Positions 9,032 to 22,084 of a stretch of 64,000 nucleotides of DNA are shown piece by piece (position 1 is the first letter of the stretch; each line of letters begins with the position of its first letter). The notes beneath the pieces were generated by a model, which worked only from the letters and a program-made list of their open reading frames with translations, ran no database searches and was not told where the DNA came from. The stretch covers positions 512,001-576,000 of the forward strand of contig CAWETU010000001.1 of assembly GCA_963812135.1 (NCBI GenBank), written 5' to 3'. The translations under genes were made by a program, and so were the position numbers. This stretch comes from Vulcanimicrobiota bacterium. Lineage in GTDB: Bacteria; Vulcanimicrobiota; Vulcanimicrobiia; Eremiobacterales; Eremiobacteraceae.

Positions 9032-9772
9032 CTAGCGGCCGCCAAGCCGATACGACACGAAATATTCCAGCGCGATCGGGCCGCCGTCGAATTGCGGTGC
9101 ACTGAACACGGTCTTGCGCGCCGCGCTGAGCGCCGCCGCATCGAGCGACGGATAACCGGACGACTGGTCGATTCGCGCCGCGACGATATTGCCACCGGCG
9201 CCGACCGTCACCGCGACGACGATCGGACCGGAGAACTGCGCACCGCCGGTCGGGAACGCCGCTGGCGCCGACTTCAAGACGTGCGCTTCGGTCACGGGTC
9301 GAAGATAGAGAAGATCGCTCGCGGACAGCGCGCTATCGTCGAACTGACCGACCGATCCGGCCGGCGCTGTTGTGACCAACCGGATTGGCTGCTTGCAGAC
9401 CAGGGAGCGGTCGCCGCGGCCGTGGATCAACAAACCGTACACCGTGATGCCGGTCGGTGAGACCGCGCGAGGAACGTCGAGCACGTAATGGTTGAGCGAT
9501 TCGACGCCGTTCGGGTCCGGCGGGATGACGGGTGAAGTGATGTCGTTCTGTAGTCCAGGTATCTGGAGATTCGCGGTGACAGGATCGCTGCCGCGCAAAA
9601 GAAGCGCGACCACATACCGGTCCACATGACCGGTTTGGCCGCGCGCGACCATCATGAAACTCGCCGCGTGAAGCGGACACGGGTCCTTCACGGGTGTGGT
9701 GGCTGCCGCAACCGCTCGAGGCCACGAAAGCGCAAGCGTGATGAGAAGTAAAAGACAACGCCCTGCGATCAT
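9032..9772 (-). CDS. Exported protein with TonB C-terminal domain
   Basis: Signal peptide; VAVTVGAGGNIVAARIDQSSGYPSLDAAALSAARK..F.AP..DGGPI. Confidence 0.8.
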   Translation of the reverse strand: MIAGRCLLLLITLALSWPRAVAAATTPVKDPCPLHAASFMMVARGQTGHVDRYVVALLLRGSDPVTANLQIPGLQNDITSPVIPPDPNGVESLNHYVLDVPRAVSPTGITVYGLLIHGRGDRSLVCKQPIRLVTTAPAGSVGQFDDSALSASDLLYLRPVTEAHVLKSAPAAFPTGGAQFSGPIVVAVTVGAGGNIVAARIDQSSGYPSLDAAALSAARKTVFSAPQFDGGPIALEYFVSYRLGGR

Positions 9773-10632
9773 GCCGGCTGTTTCGCGTTCTCGAGCAATA
9801 GCACCCCGGCCATCGGGCCGTCACGCCGCGCCGCCTCCCCGCGCCACCACCCGGGCATCAGCATCCGGAAGAACCACGCGCCGCGGAACTCGCGCTTGAG
9901 ACGCTGGGCCTCGACGATATTAGCGTGATATTCAACGATGTGCCAGCCATGTTGGGCGAAGAACGCGGACGCGTCTTCGGGCGCGAACTGGAACTCGGCT
10001 GTTGAGCCCAATGCCTTGCCCCAGGCTCGCTTGATCATCTTCAGCACAAAAGGCGACGCGATGTCCGTTAGCCACCAGCGGAACGACGGCTGACCCGAAA
10101 GGTCATCAGCGAGCGCGCCCACTTCTTCGGCCTTCAGATATACGAGTAATCCCTCGCTGATGACGAGGACCCGTTTGCATTGCGAGCCGATGCGTGCGAA
10201 AAGCGCTGCACGTGCAGCTGAGTCCGAGAGATCGAGCGGGATGCGCTCGAGGACGCACACCGGCTTGGCGTCGCCAAGGATGTGCGCTTTGTACTCGAGC
10301 TGTGAGGGAAAGTCGACATCGTACCAGCGCAATCCGGCCGGCAGCGGCATTCGATAGGGTCTTGCGTCGAGACCGGCGGCTAAGTTAAGCACTCCATCGA
10401 GCTGCTGCGCAAGCCGTACGATGATCTCGTCCATGACGGCCGTGCGCACGACCATCGGCCAGCCGAACGACTTGCCGCGCGGCATCTTGAGCACGATCTC
10501 CTCGCCGCGCGGGCCGGCGAGCGAGCGCGCGTAAGGGTCCTTGAAGATGGCGTCAGGCCGCTCCGACTCCAACGCGCGGTAGAACGCCACCCAGTTGGCG
10601 GTCTCGGGCAACGTGACCGGTCGTTCAGACAC
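9769..10632 (-). CDS. SAM-dependent methyltransferase (leucine-carboxyl MTase/ML2640-like)
   Basis: TANWVAFYRALESERPDAIFKDPYA, NLAAGLDAR, ISEGLLVYL; GTG at 10632 overlaps the pgl end. Confidence 0.88.
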   Translation of the reverse strand: MSERPVTLPETANWVAFYRALESERPDAIFKDPYARSLAGPRGEEIVLKMPRGKSFGWPMVVRTAVMDEIIVRLAQQLDGVLNLAAGLDARPYRMPLPAGLRWYDVDFPSQLEYKAHILGDAKPVCVLERIPLDLSDSAARAALFARIGSQCKRVLVISEGLLVYLKAEEVGALADDLSGQPSFRWWLTDIASPFVLKMIKRAWGKALGSTAEFQFAPEDASAFFAQHGWHIVEYHANIVEAQRLKREFRGAWFFRMLMPGWWRGEAARRDGPMAGVLLLENAKQPA

Positions 10633-11371
10633 GCGACTTGAGATTGACGGCGGCGGCTTTGTCCACGAGCCACACCAGCGATCCGTTCTCGGGCGAGACG
10701 CCTTGCGCGGGCAAGCGGCGCGCATCGTGCGGGCCTTCCAGGATCCGCCCGAGCACCTCGGCCTTGCCGGCGCCATCGACGAGGAAGATCACGGCGCGCG
10801 CCGCGTTGATCACCGGAAACGTGAGGGTGAGCCGCCAGTGCGCGATCGGATTGGTCGGCGCGTGCACGGCGACGCACGTTTCGTCGACGACGTCGAGTGC
10901 CGTGCTGTTCGGAAACAACGACGCGGTGTGGCCGTCCTCGCCAAGGCCGAGATAGATCAGATCAAAGACGGTGTCAGCGCCGAAAAACGCCGTCAGTTGG
11001 TCGCGATAGTCGAGCGCGCCCTGGCGCGGCTCGAGCTCGCCGCGCATGCAGTGGACGTTCTCAGGCGCGATCCGCATCGGATCGAGCAGCAGTTTCTTGG
11101 CCTCGCCGAAATTGCTGACCGGATCTTGTGGAGGCACGCAACGCTCGTCGCCCCAGAAGAAATGGATGCGGCTCCAGTCGATGTCCTCTGCGAACTGCGG
11201 CGACGTCAACAGCGCATAGAGCGCGCGTGGCGTCGAGCCGCCGGACAACGCCACCGCGAATCGTTCGTGGTCTTCGATCGCTGCGCGGGAGCGCACTTCG
11301 AACTCGACGGCTGCCTGGTATGCGAGATCATCGGGCGTGTCCAACACGACGACGCGGCGCGCCTGTGTCAT
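10625..11371 (-). CDS. pgl: 6-phosphogluconolactonase
   Basis: VALSGGSTP, FWGDERCVP, LGLGEDGHTASLFP. Confidence 0.97.
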   Translation of the reverse strand: MTQARRVVVLDTPDDLAYQAAVEFEVRSRAAIEDHERFAVALSGGSTPRALYALLTSPQFAEDIDWSRIHFFWGDERCVPPQDPVSNFGEAKKLLLDPMRIAPENVHCMRGELEPRQGALDYRDQLTAFFGADTVFDLIYLGLGEDGHTASLFPNSTALDVVDETCVAVHAPTNPIAHWRLTLTFPVINAARAVIFLVDGAGKAEVLGRILEGPHDARRLPAQGVSPENGSLVWLVDKAAAVNLKSRV

Positions 11372-11374
11372 GAT

Positions 11375-12435
11375 CTATCCCTCCGCGAGTGCGGCTTCGA
11401 GCATGGGGTCGCGAGCAGGGTCATCGATCGAGCGATGGAGCAATTCGGCTTCGGCGAGCTTCGTCGCAGGGAAGCTCCAGGACCGGATGCGCTTGCCGCT
11501 CGCATCGCGCGCTTCGGCGATGATGCTGCGCGGATTGTCTTGGCGCGTGAGCGTGAGCGCCGCTTGCGAGCGAGCGGTCTGGAATACCAGGGAAGCGATG
11601 CGGCCGGGCCGCGCCCCGGCGATGGCGACCGGCGCCGGCCGCACGCGGCCGTGCAGCTTCGGGATGCAGCACGCGAGCCAGCCGGCGATCAACGTCGCGC
11701 GCGCGATTTTGTGCTGGGCATCTGGTTCATCTGGGTCGGCGGCGAATTCGATGCAGCATTTGTCGAACGTGCCGAGCAACCCGAGCACCGCAGGGTCGTC
11801 GAAGCACGCAGCGATCGCGGAGCGCCACGGCTTGATGCGTTTCCAATTCAGGTCGGCGACCGCGACATGGCCCGCGCGGTGCTCGGTGAGGCGGCGCAGG
11901 GTGTCCAGCGCGGCGTTTGTATCGCCGAAGCGCATCGAGTCGACGACGATCTTCTTCATCAGCGGCGCGACCATGCGGAACAGCGGCTTCCCGAAGGGCG
12001 AGTCACCGCGCCACCACAGATAGACCGGAAGATCGGCGGCAAGCAATGCGAGCACCGCCGAGGTCGCGGACGCCGATGCGCGCGGGTTGACCCGCACGAA
12101 GACCTCTTCGCTGAAGTTCGAAGCGTCGACGCCGTCGCCGGGCCGGATGAACGCCTGTGGCGATTCCTCTTCAGCCGTCGCATCTTCGATGACGGTCACT
12201 GCGCGGATGGAATGCGCGCCCGCGATGTCGGCCAAGATCTGAGAGACTTCACCGCTCGCCTCCGGCCGGTCGACGTAGGTCACGAGGTTGAGCGTGAGCG
12301 AGCGCGCGGTCGGCGTGCCGGGCGAAGTCGCCACGATCTCTCGCCAGCGCGCGGTCAACGTGGATTCGGCGTCCTCGACCTTGACCGGCGCGAAGCCGGC
12401 GGTCCACACGGGTGTCGCAGCGCCGTCGCGCGCAC

Positions 12436-12439
<4 letters not shown>
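11375..12439 (-). CDS. opcA: Glucose-6-phosphate dehydrogenase assembly/activator protein OpcA
   Basis: LTLNLVTY, ADLPVYLWWRG, IVVDS, DLNWKRIKPWR; GTGA overlap with the zwf stop. Confidence 0.85.
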
Positions 12440-13971
<1,532 letters not shown>

Positions 13972-14904
13972 CTACGATTTGGCCGGCGCGCTCGCGCCCG
14001 GCGTCTCCGGGTGCACAGCGTGGCCGCCGAACTGATGGCGCAGCGCGGCGACGACTTTGGCCGAGAACGATTCCTCTTGACGCGAGCGGAACCGCGCGAG
14101 CAGCGATTCGGTCAGCACCGGCGCCGGCACCGACAGGTCGATCGCATCGGTGACCGTCCAGCGGCCCTCGCCCGTATCGTCGACATAGCCGCGGATGTCA
14201 GCAAGTTTCGGATCGTCCTTGAACGCAAGCTCCGCGAGCTCGAGCAGCCAGGAGCGCACGACGCTGCCCTGATTCCACAGATGGCTGATCTTCGCGAAAT
14301 CCAAGCCGGGGCCGAACTGCGACGCCTGCATGATCTCGAAGCCCTCGCCGTACGCCTCCAGCATCCCGTACTCGATGCCGTTGTGCACCATTTTGGTGAA
14401 GTGGCCAGCGCCCGCCGGCCCGACTCGCAGATATCCGTCTATCGGCGCGAGCGTCAAAAAGATCGGCTCGAGGCGCTTGCAGGTCGCTTCGGATCCGCCG
14501 ACCATCAGGCAATAGCCCTCTTTGAGACCCCAGATGCCGCCCGACACGCCCGCGTCGATGAAGTCGATTCCCTTTGGCGCGAGATCTTTGGCCTGCTGCT
14601 GGCCGACTTTCCAATACGAGTTGCCGCCATCGATGACGACGTCGCCGCGCTCGAGCAAACCGCCGAGCGCCGCGACCGTGTCATTGGTCGGCGGTCCGGC
14701 GGGCAGCATTACCCAGACGTTGCGCGGCGCGCGAAGCGCTTTGACCACCCCTTCAAGCGAATCCGCGCCCGTCGCTCCGCTTGCGACTGCCGCTTTGATG
14801 GCGTCGGCAGAACGGTCGTAGGCGACGACTTCGTGTCCGCCGAGCAACAAGCGCTCGACCATATTACCGCCCATGCGGCCCAGCCCGATCATCGCGATTT
14901 GCAT
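13972..14904 (-). CDS. gnd: 6-phosphogluconate dehydrogenase, decarboxylating (short type)
   Basis: GLGRMG, IDGGNS, GVSGG, KMVHNGIEYG, FGGH. Confidence 0.95.
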   Translation of the reverse strand: MQIAMIGLGRMGGNMVERLLLGGHEVVAYDRSADAIKAAVASGATGADSLEGVVKALRAPRNVWVMLPAGPPTNDTVAALGGLLERGDVVIDGGNSYWKVGQQQAKDLAPKGIDFIDAGVSGGIWGLKEGYCLMVGGSEATCKRLEPIFLTLAPIDGYLRVGPAGAGHFTKMVHNGIEYGMLEAYGEGFEIMQASQFGPGLDFAKISHLWNQGSVVRSWLLELAELAFKDDPKLADIRGYVDDTGEGRWTVTDAIDLSVPAPVLTESLLARFRSRQEESFSAKVVAALRHQFGGHAVHPETPGASAPAKS

Positions 14905-17720
14905 CAGGCTTTACTCCCCGGCGCGGTGGGCGCCAGCGAATTTGCGACCTTCGAGATGGTGCGTAACAGCGTCGCGAGCGACGCGTCGACGTCGTCGCCG
15001 AGATCGACGCGCACGACGCGCCGCCCATGATCGCGCAGCGACTGCAGATCGCCGAGCGCTTGTGCGGCCGCCAGCGTGGCGAAGTCGAACGGCTGGCCCG
15101 GGATCGGCACGCGCTCCTTGGAGCGGCAGACCAGTTCGATGAACACGCCGGTGTTGGGGCCGCCTTTGTGCAGTTGACCGGTCGAATGCAGGTAACGCGG
15201 TCCATAGCCGAACGTCGTCGCGGCTTTCGTCGAATCGCGCAGCATCGCGCGGATATCGTCGAACGCGTCATCGCGGGCGCGGGTCTCGTGCACGTACGCC
15301 AGCAATGCGAAGTAGTCGCCATCGCGCGCGCCCCGAACGAAGCTCGAGAGCGCGGCTTCGTCGTCGGGCGCGATCGCTTCGGTCTTTGCGGACGCGGCGG
15401 CTGGCTGCGTCAAAATGCGATTGGTGTTGTCCTTGCTCTCTTGGACGTTCGGTTGGTCAAACGCGTCGACGCCCAAAAACGCGCCGACGGTGGCCGTGGC
15501 GAATTCCCAGCGGAAGAACTCCGCGCCGAGATCGAGCGCGTCGCGCATGCTCACCCTGATCACCGGATGGCCGGCGCGCTGCAGCGCGTCGCCGCGCGCG
15601 TCGAGACTGCGGTCGTCGCCCAACCTCAGATGCACGAAGACGCGATCGGCGCCGTACGCGCCGGGATCACCCGGCGGTTCGCCCGCGACCGGGATCAAGC
15701 CGCGGCCCTCTTTGCCGAGGCTCTCGGCGATGAGCTGTTCGAGCCACAACCCGAAACTCGCGATGCCCGGCGACGCGAGCACCGTCACCTTGTCGCGGCC
15801 GTGCTTGAGCGCGAGCGTGGCCAACGCGGCGCCGAGCCGCACCGCTGGATGCTCCGACGCCTTCACACCGCTCGCGCAGGCTTGCACCATGCCGCGCGCG
15901 CGATCGAGCAAGCCCGCGACGTCGACGCCCGCGGCGGCTGCCGGCACGAGTCCGAAATACGTCAGTGCCGAGTAGCGCCCGCCGATGTCCTCCGGATTGA
16001 GGAAGATCTGCCGGAAGCCCCGCTCGCGAGCAAGCGTCTCGAGCGGCGTTCCCGGATCGGTGATGCACGCGAAGCGCGCCGCCGCCTTTTCGCGGCTGCC
16101 GAGCGCGGCCGCGACCTTGTCGAAGAAGTATTCCGAGAAGACGCGCGGCTCCAGGGTCGTGCCCGACTTGCTGGACTCGATGAAGACCGTCGCCTTCACG
16201 TCGATCGCCGCTTCGAACGCACGCACGCTCTCGGGCAGCGTGCTGTCGAGCACGAGCAGTCGCGGGTAGCCTTTGCGCGTGCCGAACGTCTCGCGCAACA
16301 CGATGGGGCACAGACTCGATCCACCCATCCCCATGACGACCACGCTGGTGATGCCGTCCTTGCGCAAGCCCTCGGCGAACGAGTCGAGCTCTTGCGTGCG
16401 GTGATACATGAGATCGGGCGAGTTCAACCAGCCGAGCCGATCTTTGACGATGGCGGCATGTTCTGGGTCGCCCTTTTTCCAGAGATCAGGATCGCGCTGC
16501 CAGAATCGCGCGACGAAGCGCTCGCCTTCCAGGCGCGAGAGAGCATCCGCAAGCTCCGCCGGATCGACGCCCGATGTGGTCAGCCGGTCGGTGGCGCCCT
16601 GAATCGCTTGCGCTTTCTGCGCGAGCACGGCGAGCAGTTGGTCGTATGACGCTTGGAACGATACAAGCCCGTCGGCAAGCAGCTTGTCGGTGATCGACTT
16701 GAGCGAGATGCCAAGCTCTTCGAGCTCGGCCAATGTCTCTTCGGCCTTGTCGATGCCTTGGTCGAGGTTCGGTTTCACGATGCCATGGTCGCGGAACGCA
16801 TCGATCGTCGCCGGCGGCATCGTATCGACGGTGTCAGGTCCGATGAGCGCCTCGACGTAGTACGTGTCTTTGTACTTCGGGTTCTTGGTCGACGTGCTCG
16901 CCCAGAGCGGCCGTTGCCGGCGCGCGCCCGCGGCGGCCAGCGTCCGCCAGCGTTCGCCTTTGATCGAGCGCTGGTAGACCGAGTACAAGCGCTTTGAGTT
17001 GGCGATAGCCGTGGTGCCAAGGTGCGCTTCCAGGCGCGCCGTCGTGGGCGCGTCGGCGTCCTTCATCGCAGCGGCGATGCGCTTGTCGGCCTCCGTATCG
17101 ACGCGGCTGACGAAGCACGACGCCACTGACGCGATGTTGTGCAGCGGCTGGCCCTTGGCGAGCCTGTCTTCCAGGCCGCCCATGAACGCATCGATGACGC
17201 CCTCGTAGTACCCCGCGCCGAACATCAACGTGATGTTGACATTGATGCCGTCGCCGATGAGCCGCCGGATGACCGGCATGCCCTCGGACGTCGCGGGCAC
17301 TTTCACCATGACGTTGGGCCGCGCGACCAGTTTCCACAGGCGATGCGCCTCGACGATCGATGCGTCGCTGTCTTTGGCGAGCTGCGGCGGTAACTCGATC
17401 GAGACGTAGCCGTCGCCGCCCGAGCTCGTGTCGTACAGATCGCGGAAGGAGTCGCATGCCTCGCGGATGTCGGTGGTCGTGAGCGCGTCGTACATCGCCG
17501 ATGGGCTGGCGCCTTCGGCGACGAGCGCCTTGATCTGATCGTCGTAATCAGAGCTCTCGGCGATCGCCTTCTCGAAGATCGTCGGGTTCGACGTCTCGCC
17601 GCGCAGCCCGTCGTCGTCGATCATGCGGCGCAGCTCGCCCGAACGCGTGAATCCGCGTCTGACGTTGTCGAGCCAAAAGCTTTGTCCGAAATCGATGAGG
17701 CGCTGGAGTGGGTTTGGCAT
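14904..17720 (-). CDS. Bifunctional transaldolase/phosphoglucose isomerase
   Basis: N-terminal TSNPTIF, KVPAT, NITLMF, WASTSTK; C-terminal GMGGSSL, SSKSGTTLE, GGRYS, DQPNVQESK, HSTGQLHKGGP. Confidence 0.95.
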   Translation of the reverse strand: MPNPLQRLIDFGQSFWLDNVRRGFTRSGELRRMIDDDGLRGETSNPTIFEKAIAESSDYDDQIKALVAEGASPSAMYDALTTTDIREACDSFRDLYDTSSGGDGYVSIELPPQLAKDSDASIVEAHRLWKLVARPNVMVKVPATSEGMPVIRRLIGDGINVNITLMFGAGYYEGVIDAFMGGLEDRLAKGQPLHNIASVASCFVSRVDTEADKRIAAAMKDADAPTTARLEAHLGTTAIANSKRLYSVYQRSIKGERWRTLAAAGARRQRPLWASTSTKNPKYKDTYYVEALIGPDTVDTMPPATIDAFRDHGIVKPNLDQGIDKAEETLAELEELGISLKSITDKLLADGLVSFQASYDQLLAVLAQKAQAIQGATDRLTTSGVDPAELADALSRLEGERFVARFWQRDPDLWKKGDPEHAAIVKDRLGWLNSPDLMYHRTQELDSFAEGLRKDGITSVVVMGMGGSSLCPIVLRETFGTRKGYPRLLVLDSTLPESVRAFEAAIDVKATVFIESSKSGTTLEPRVFSEYFFDKVAAALGSREKAAARFACITDPGTPLETLARERGFRQIFLNPEDIGGRYSALTYFGLVPAAAAGVDVAGLLDRARGMVQACASGVKASEHPAVRLGAALATLALKHGRDKVTVLASPGIASFGLWLEQLIAESLGKEGRGLIPVAGEPPGDPGAYGADRVFVHLRLGDDRSLDARGDALQRAGHPVIRVSMRDALDLGAEFFRWEFATATVGAFLGVDAFDQPNVQESKDNTNRILTQPAAASAKTEAIAPDDEAALSSFVRGARDGDYFALLAYVHETRARDDAFDDIRAMLRDSTKAATTFGYGPRYLHSTGQLHKGGPNTGVFIELVCRSKERVPIPGQPFDFATLAAAQALGDLQSLRDHGRRVVRVDLGDDVDASLATLLRTISKVANSLAPTAPGSKA

Positions 17721-17729
17721 TGCTCTTCC

Positions 17730-19739
<2,010 letters not shown>

Positions 19740-19763
19740 GCGAACCTCCGTGTATTGGTGCTG

Positions 19764-20810
19764 TTAGCCGACGGTGATCCCGGGTTGCGCCGTCACGCTG
19801 CCGATGACGGCGGCATGGGCGACGCCGCCTGCCGCCAGGGCATCGAGCAGCGTCGCGGTCCTCTCCTCTGATACGGCGATGAGCAGCCCGCCGGACGTCT
19901 GCGCGTCGCACAGCACGATGCGCAACGCTTCGGGAACGCTTGACTCGAAGACGACGCCGTGCGCCAGCGCGAGCGCGAGGTTCGCCTTTGTACCGCCCGG
20001 CGCGCAATCCCGCTCCGCGAGGGTCATCGAGAGGTCGAAGAGCGGGACCGCAGCCGCATCGATGCGCGCGCCCACCCCGCTGCCTGCAGTCATCTCGCCC
20101 AAGTGCCCCATCAACCCGAAGCCCGTGACGTCGGTCGCTGCGTCGACGCCGACCGCCACCATCGCTTCAGACGCGGCGCGGTTGAGCGTCTGCATGGAGG
20201 CGATCGCTTCTTCAAGCTCCTGTTCGCTGATCACGTCGCGGCGCCGCGCGGTCGTGTACAATCCGGTGCCCAACGGCTTCGTGAGCACGAGCAGGTCGCC
20301 GGGTCGCGCCGTCGAGTTGCGAACCACGCGGTCGGGATGCACGCGCCCGGTCACGGCGAGGCCGTACTTCGGCTCGGGATCCTTAACGGTGTGGCCGCCG
20401 ATCACGTGGATGCCGGCTTCGCGAGCTTTCTCGGCGCCGCCGCGCACGATCGAGTGGAGGATGGTCAGGTCAAGACCGCTCTCTGGGAACGTCGTGACGG
20501 CCACCGCGAACAGCGGCACCGCGCCCATCGCGTAGATGTCCGAAATGGCGTTCGCGGCGGCGATCCGGCCGAAGGTCTCGGGGTCGTCGACGATGGGAGT
20601 GAAGAAATCGACGGTCTCGACGAGCGCGAGATCGGGACCGAGCTGATAGACGCCGGCGTCGTCGCCGGTTGCGGTGGCCACGAGCACGCGCGGGTCGTCG
20701 ACGGCCGGCAGCTCGCGCAGGACGCGCGCGAGCACATCGGCTTGCATCTTCGACGCGCAGCCCGCGCATTCGACCATGCGCGTGAGGCGAGGCTTGGTTT
20801 CTTGAATCAC
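19764..20810 (-). CDS. selD: Selenide, water dikinase (Cys form)
   Basis: CAGCASK (TGC codons, no UGA), DDAGVY, TVDFFTP, GGHT, TDVTGFGL, DAQTSGGLL; GTG start with GGAG SD. Confidence 0.95.
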   Translation of the reverse strand: MIQETKPRLTRMVECAGCASKMQADVLARVLRELPAVDDPRVLVATATGDDAGVYQLGPDLALVETVDFFTPIVDDPETFGRIAAANAISDIYAMGAVPLFAVAVTTFPESGLDLTILHSIVRGGAEKAREAGIHVIGGHTVKDPEPKYGLAVTGRVHPDRVVRNSTARPGDLLVLTKPLGTGLYTTARRRDVISEQELEEAIASMQTLNRAASEAMVAVGVDAATDVTGFGLMGHLGEMTAGSGVGARIDAAAVPLFDLSMTLAERDCAPGGTKANLALALAHGVVFESSVPEALRIVLCDAQTSGGLLIAVSEERTATLLDALAAGGVAHAAVIGSVTAQPGITVG

Positions 20811-20888
20811 AATCGCTCCATCGGTCCCAAACAACGTTTACCCGGGCGGCGACAGGCGCCCTTTGGGAGCGGCTCGAAGCGACGCCAA

Positions 20889-22064
20889 ATGCAGGAATTG
20901 CTCATGATTCCGGGCCCCGTCACCGTGGCGCCGGATGTTTTAGCTGCGTCGTCGCAGCCGATGCGCAACCATCGCGGCCCGTTCGCGGCGGGAGTCTACG
21001 CACGGCTTGGCGAGCGGCTTAAAAATGTTTTCCAGACCGCACAGCCGGTGTTGCTGCTCGGCTCGTCCGGCACGGGAGCCATGGAGGCGACGATCGTCAA
21101 TCTGTTCTCGCCGGGCGATCGTTTGCTGGCGATGCCGATGGGCGCGTTCGGCGACCGGCACATCGCGATCGCGCGAGCGTACGGTGCGGACGTCGAGGTC
21201 ATCGAGACCGAGTGGGGCGACAAGGTCGACCCTGCGCGCCTGCGCGACCGTTTGGCGCAAGACCGGTCGGGCGATATCAAAGGCGTCTTGGTCACGCACA
21301 ACGAGACGTCGACCGGCGTGCAATCCGATCTTGAGGCGCTGGCACGCGCGCGCGGCGACCACCCCGCGCTGCTCGTGGTGGACGCGGTCAGCAGCGTCGG
21401 TGCGGTGGATCTACGCATGGACGAATGGGCGCTGGATGCTGTGATCGGCGCTTCACAAAAGGCGCTTGCCGGCGTGCCCGGGGCGGCCATGATCTCGTTG
21501 AGCGAACGCGCTTGGAAAGCGGCCGAAACCGCGCGCATGCCCCGGTTTTACTTCGATGTGCGCAAGGCGCGGGCGGCCGCCGAGAAAGGCCAAACCCCCT
21601 GGACACCCCCCTTCAGCGTCCTATTGGGTCTCGAACAGGCGACCGATAACTATGCTAAGGAGGGGCGGCTTTTCGCCTTCGCCCGCCACGCCCGTTTCGC
21701 CGAGGCGATTCGCGCGGGGTGTGCCGCGATGGGTCTGCGCATCTTTGCGCGTCCAGGCGCGCATTCGAACACGGTGACCGCCGTGTCCGGACCGGCCGGC
21801 ACCGACCACAAGGCTTTGCAGCAGACGCTGCGCGAGAAGCATGGGGTCGTCGTCGGCGGCGGGCAGATGAAGTTGGAAGGCACGATTCTCCGGATCGGCA
21901 ACATGGGCGCCATCGGGCGCGACGACATCCTCACCGTGCTCGCAGCGCTCGAAACCGCGCTGCGTGAGAGCGGGGTCGCAGTGTCGCCTGGTGCCGGCAT
22001 CGCAGCTGCGAACGCCGTGTTCGCGCGAACGGAAGCCGCGCAGCCTCGCCTCGCGGTCGGATAG
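20889..22064 (+). CDS. Class V PLP aminotransferase (alanine-glyoxylate/serine-pyruvate family)
   Basis: MIPGPV, SSGTGAME, HNETSTGV, VDAVSS, ASQKAL, RIGNMG. Confidence 0.93.
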   Translation: MQELLMIPGPVTVAPDVLAASSQPMRNHRGPFAAGVYARLGERLKNVFQTAQPVLLLGSSGTGAMEATIVNLFSPGDRLLAMPMGAFGDRHIAIARAYGADVEVIETEWGDKVDPARLRDRLAQDRSGDIKGVLVTHNETSTGVQSDLEALARARGDHPALLVVDAVSSVGAVDLRMDEWALDAVIGASQKALAGVPGAAMISLSERAWKAAETARMPRFYFDVRKARAAAEKGQTPWTPPFSVLLGLEQATDNYAKEGRLFAFARHARFAEAIRAGCAAMGLRIFARPGAHSNTVTAVSGPAGTDHKALQQTLREKHGVVVGGGQMKLEGTILRIGNMGAIGRDDILTVLAALETALRESGVAVSPGAGIAAANAVFARTEAAQPRLAVG

Positions 22065-22084
22065 CGTAAGGAGTCATAGCTGCC

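Noticed and set aside
20750..20790. Selenocysteine in SelD, or Sec read-through of TGA TGA upstream of infC
   Set aside because: SelD codons are TGC; no in-frame UGA gene with a SECIS-like context was found, and the IF3 homology begins at the ATT
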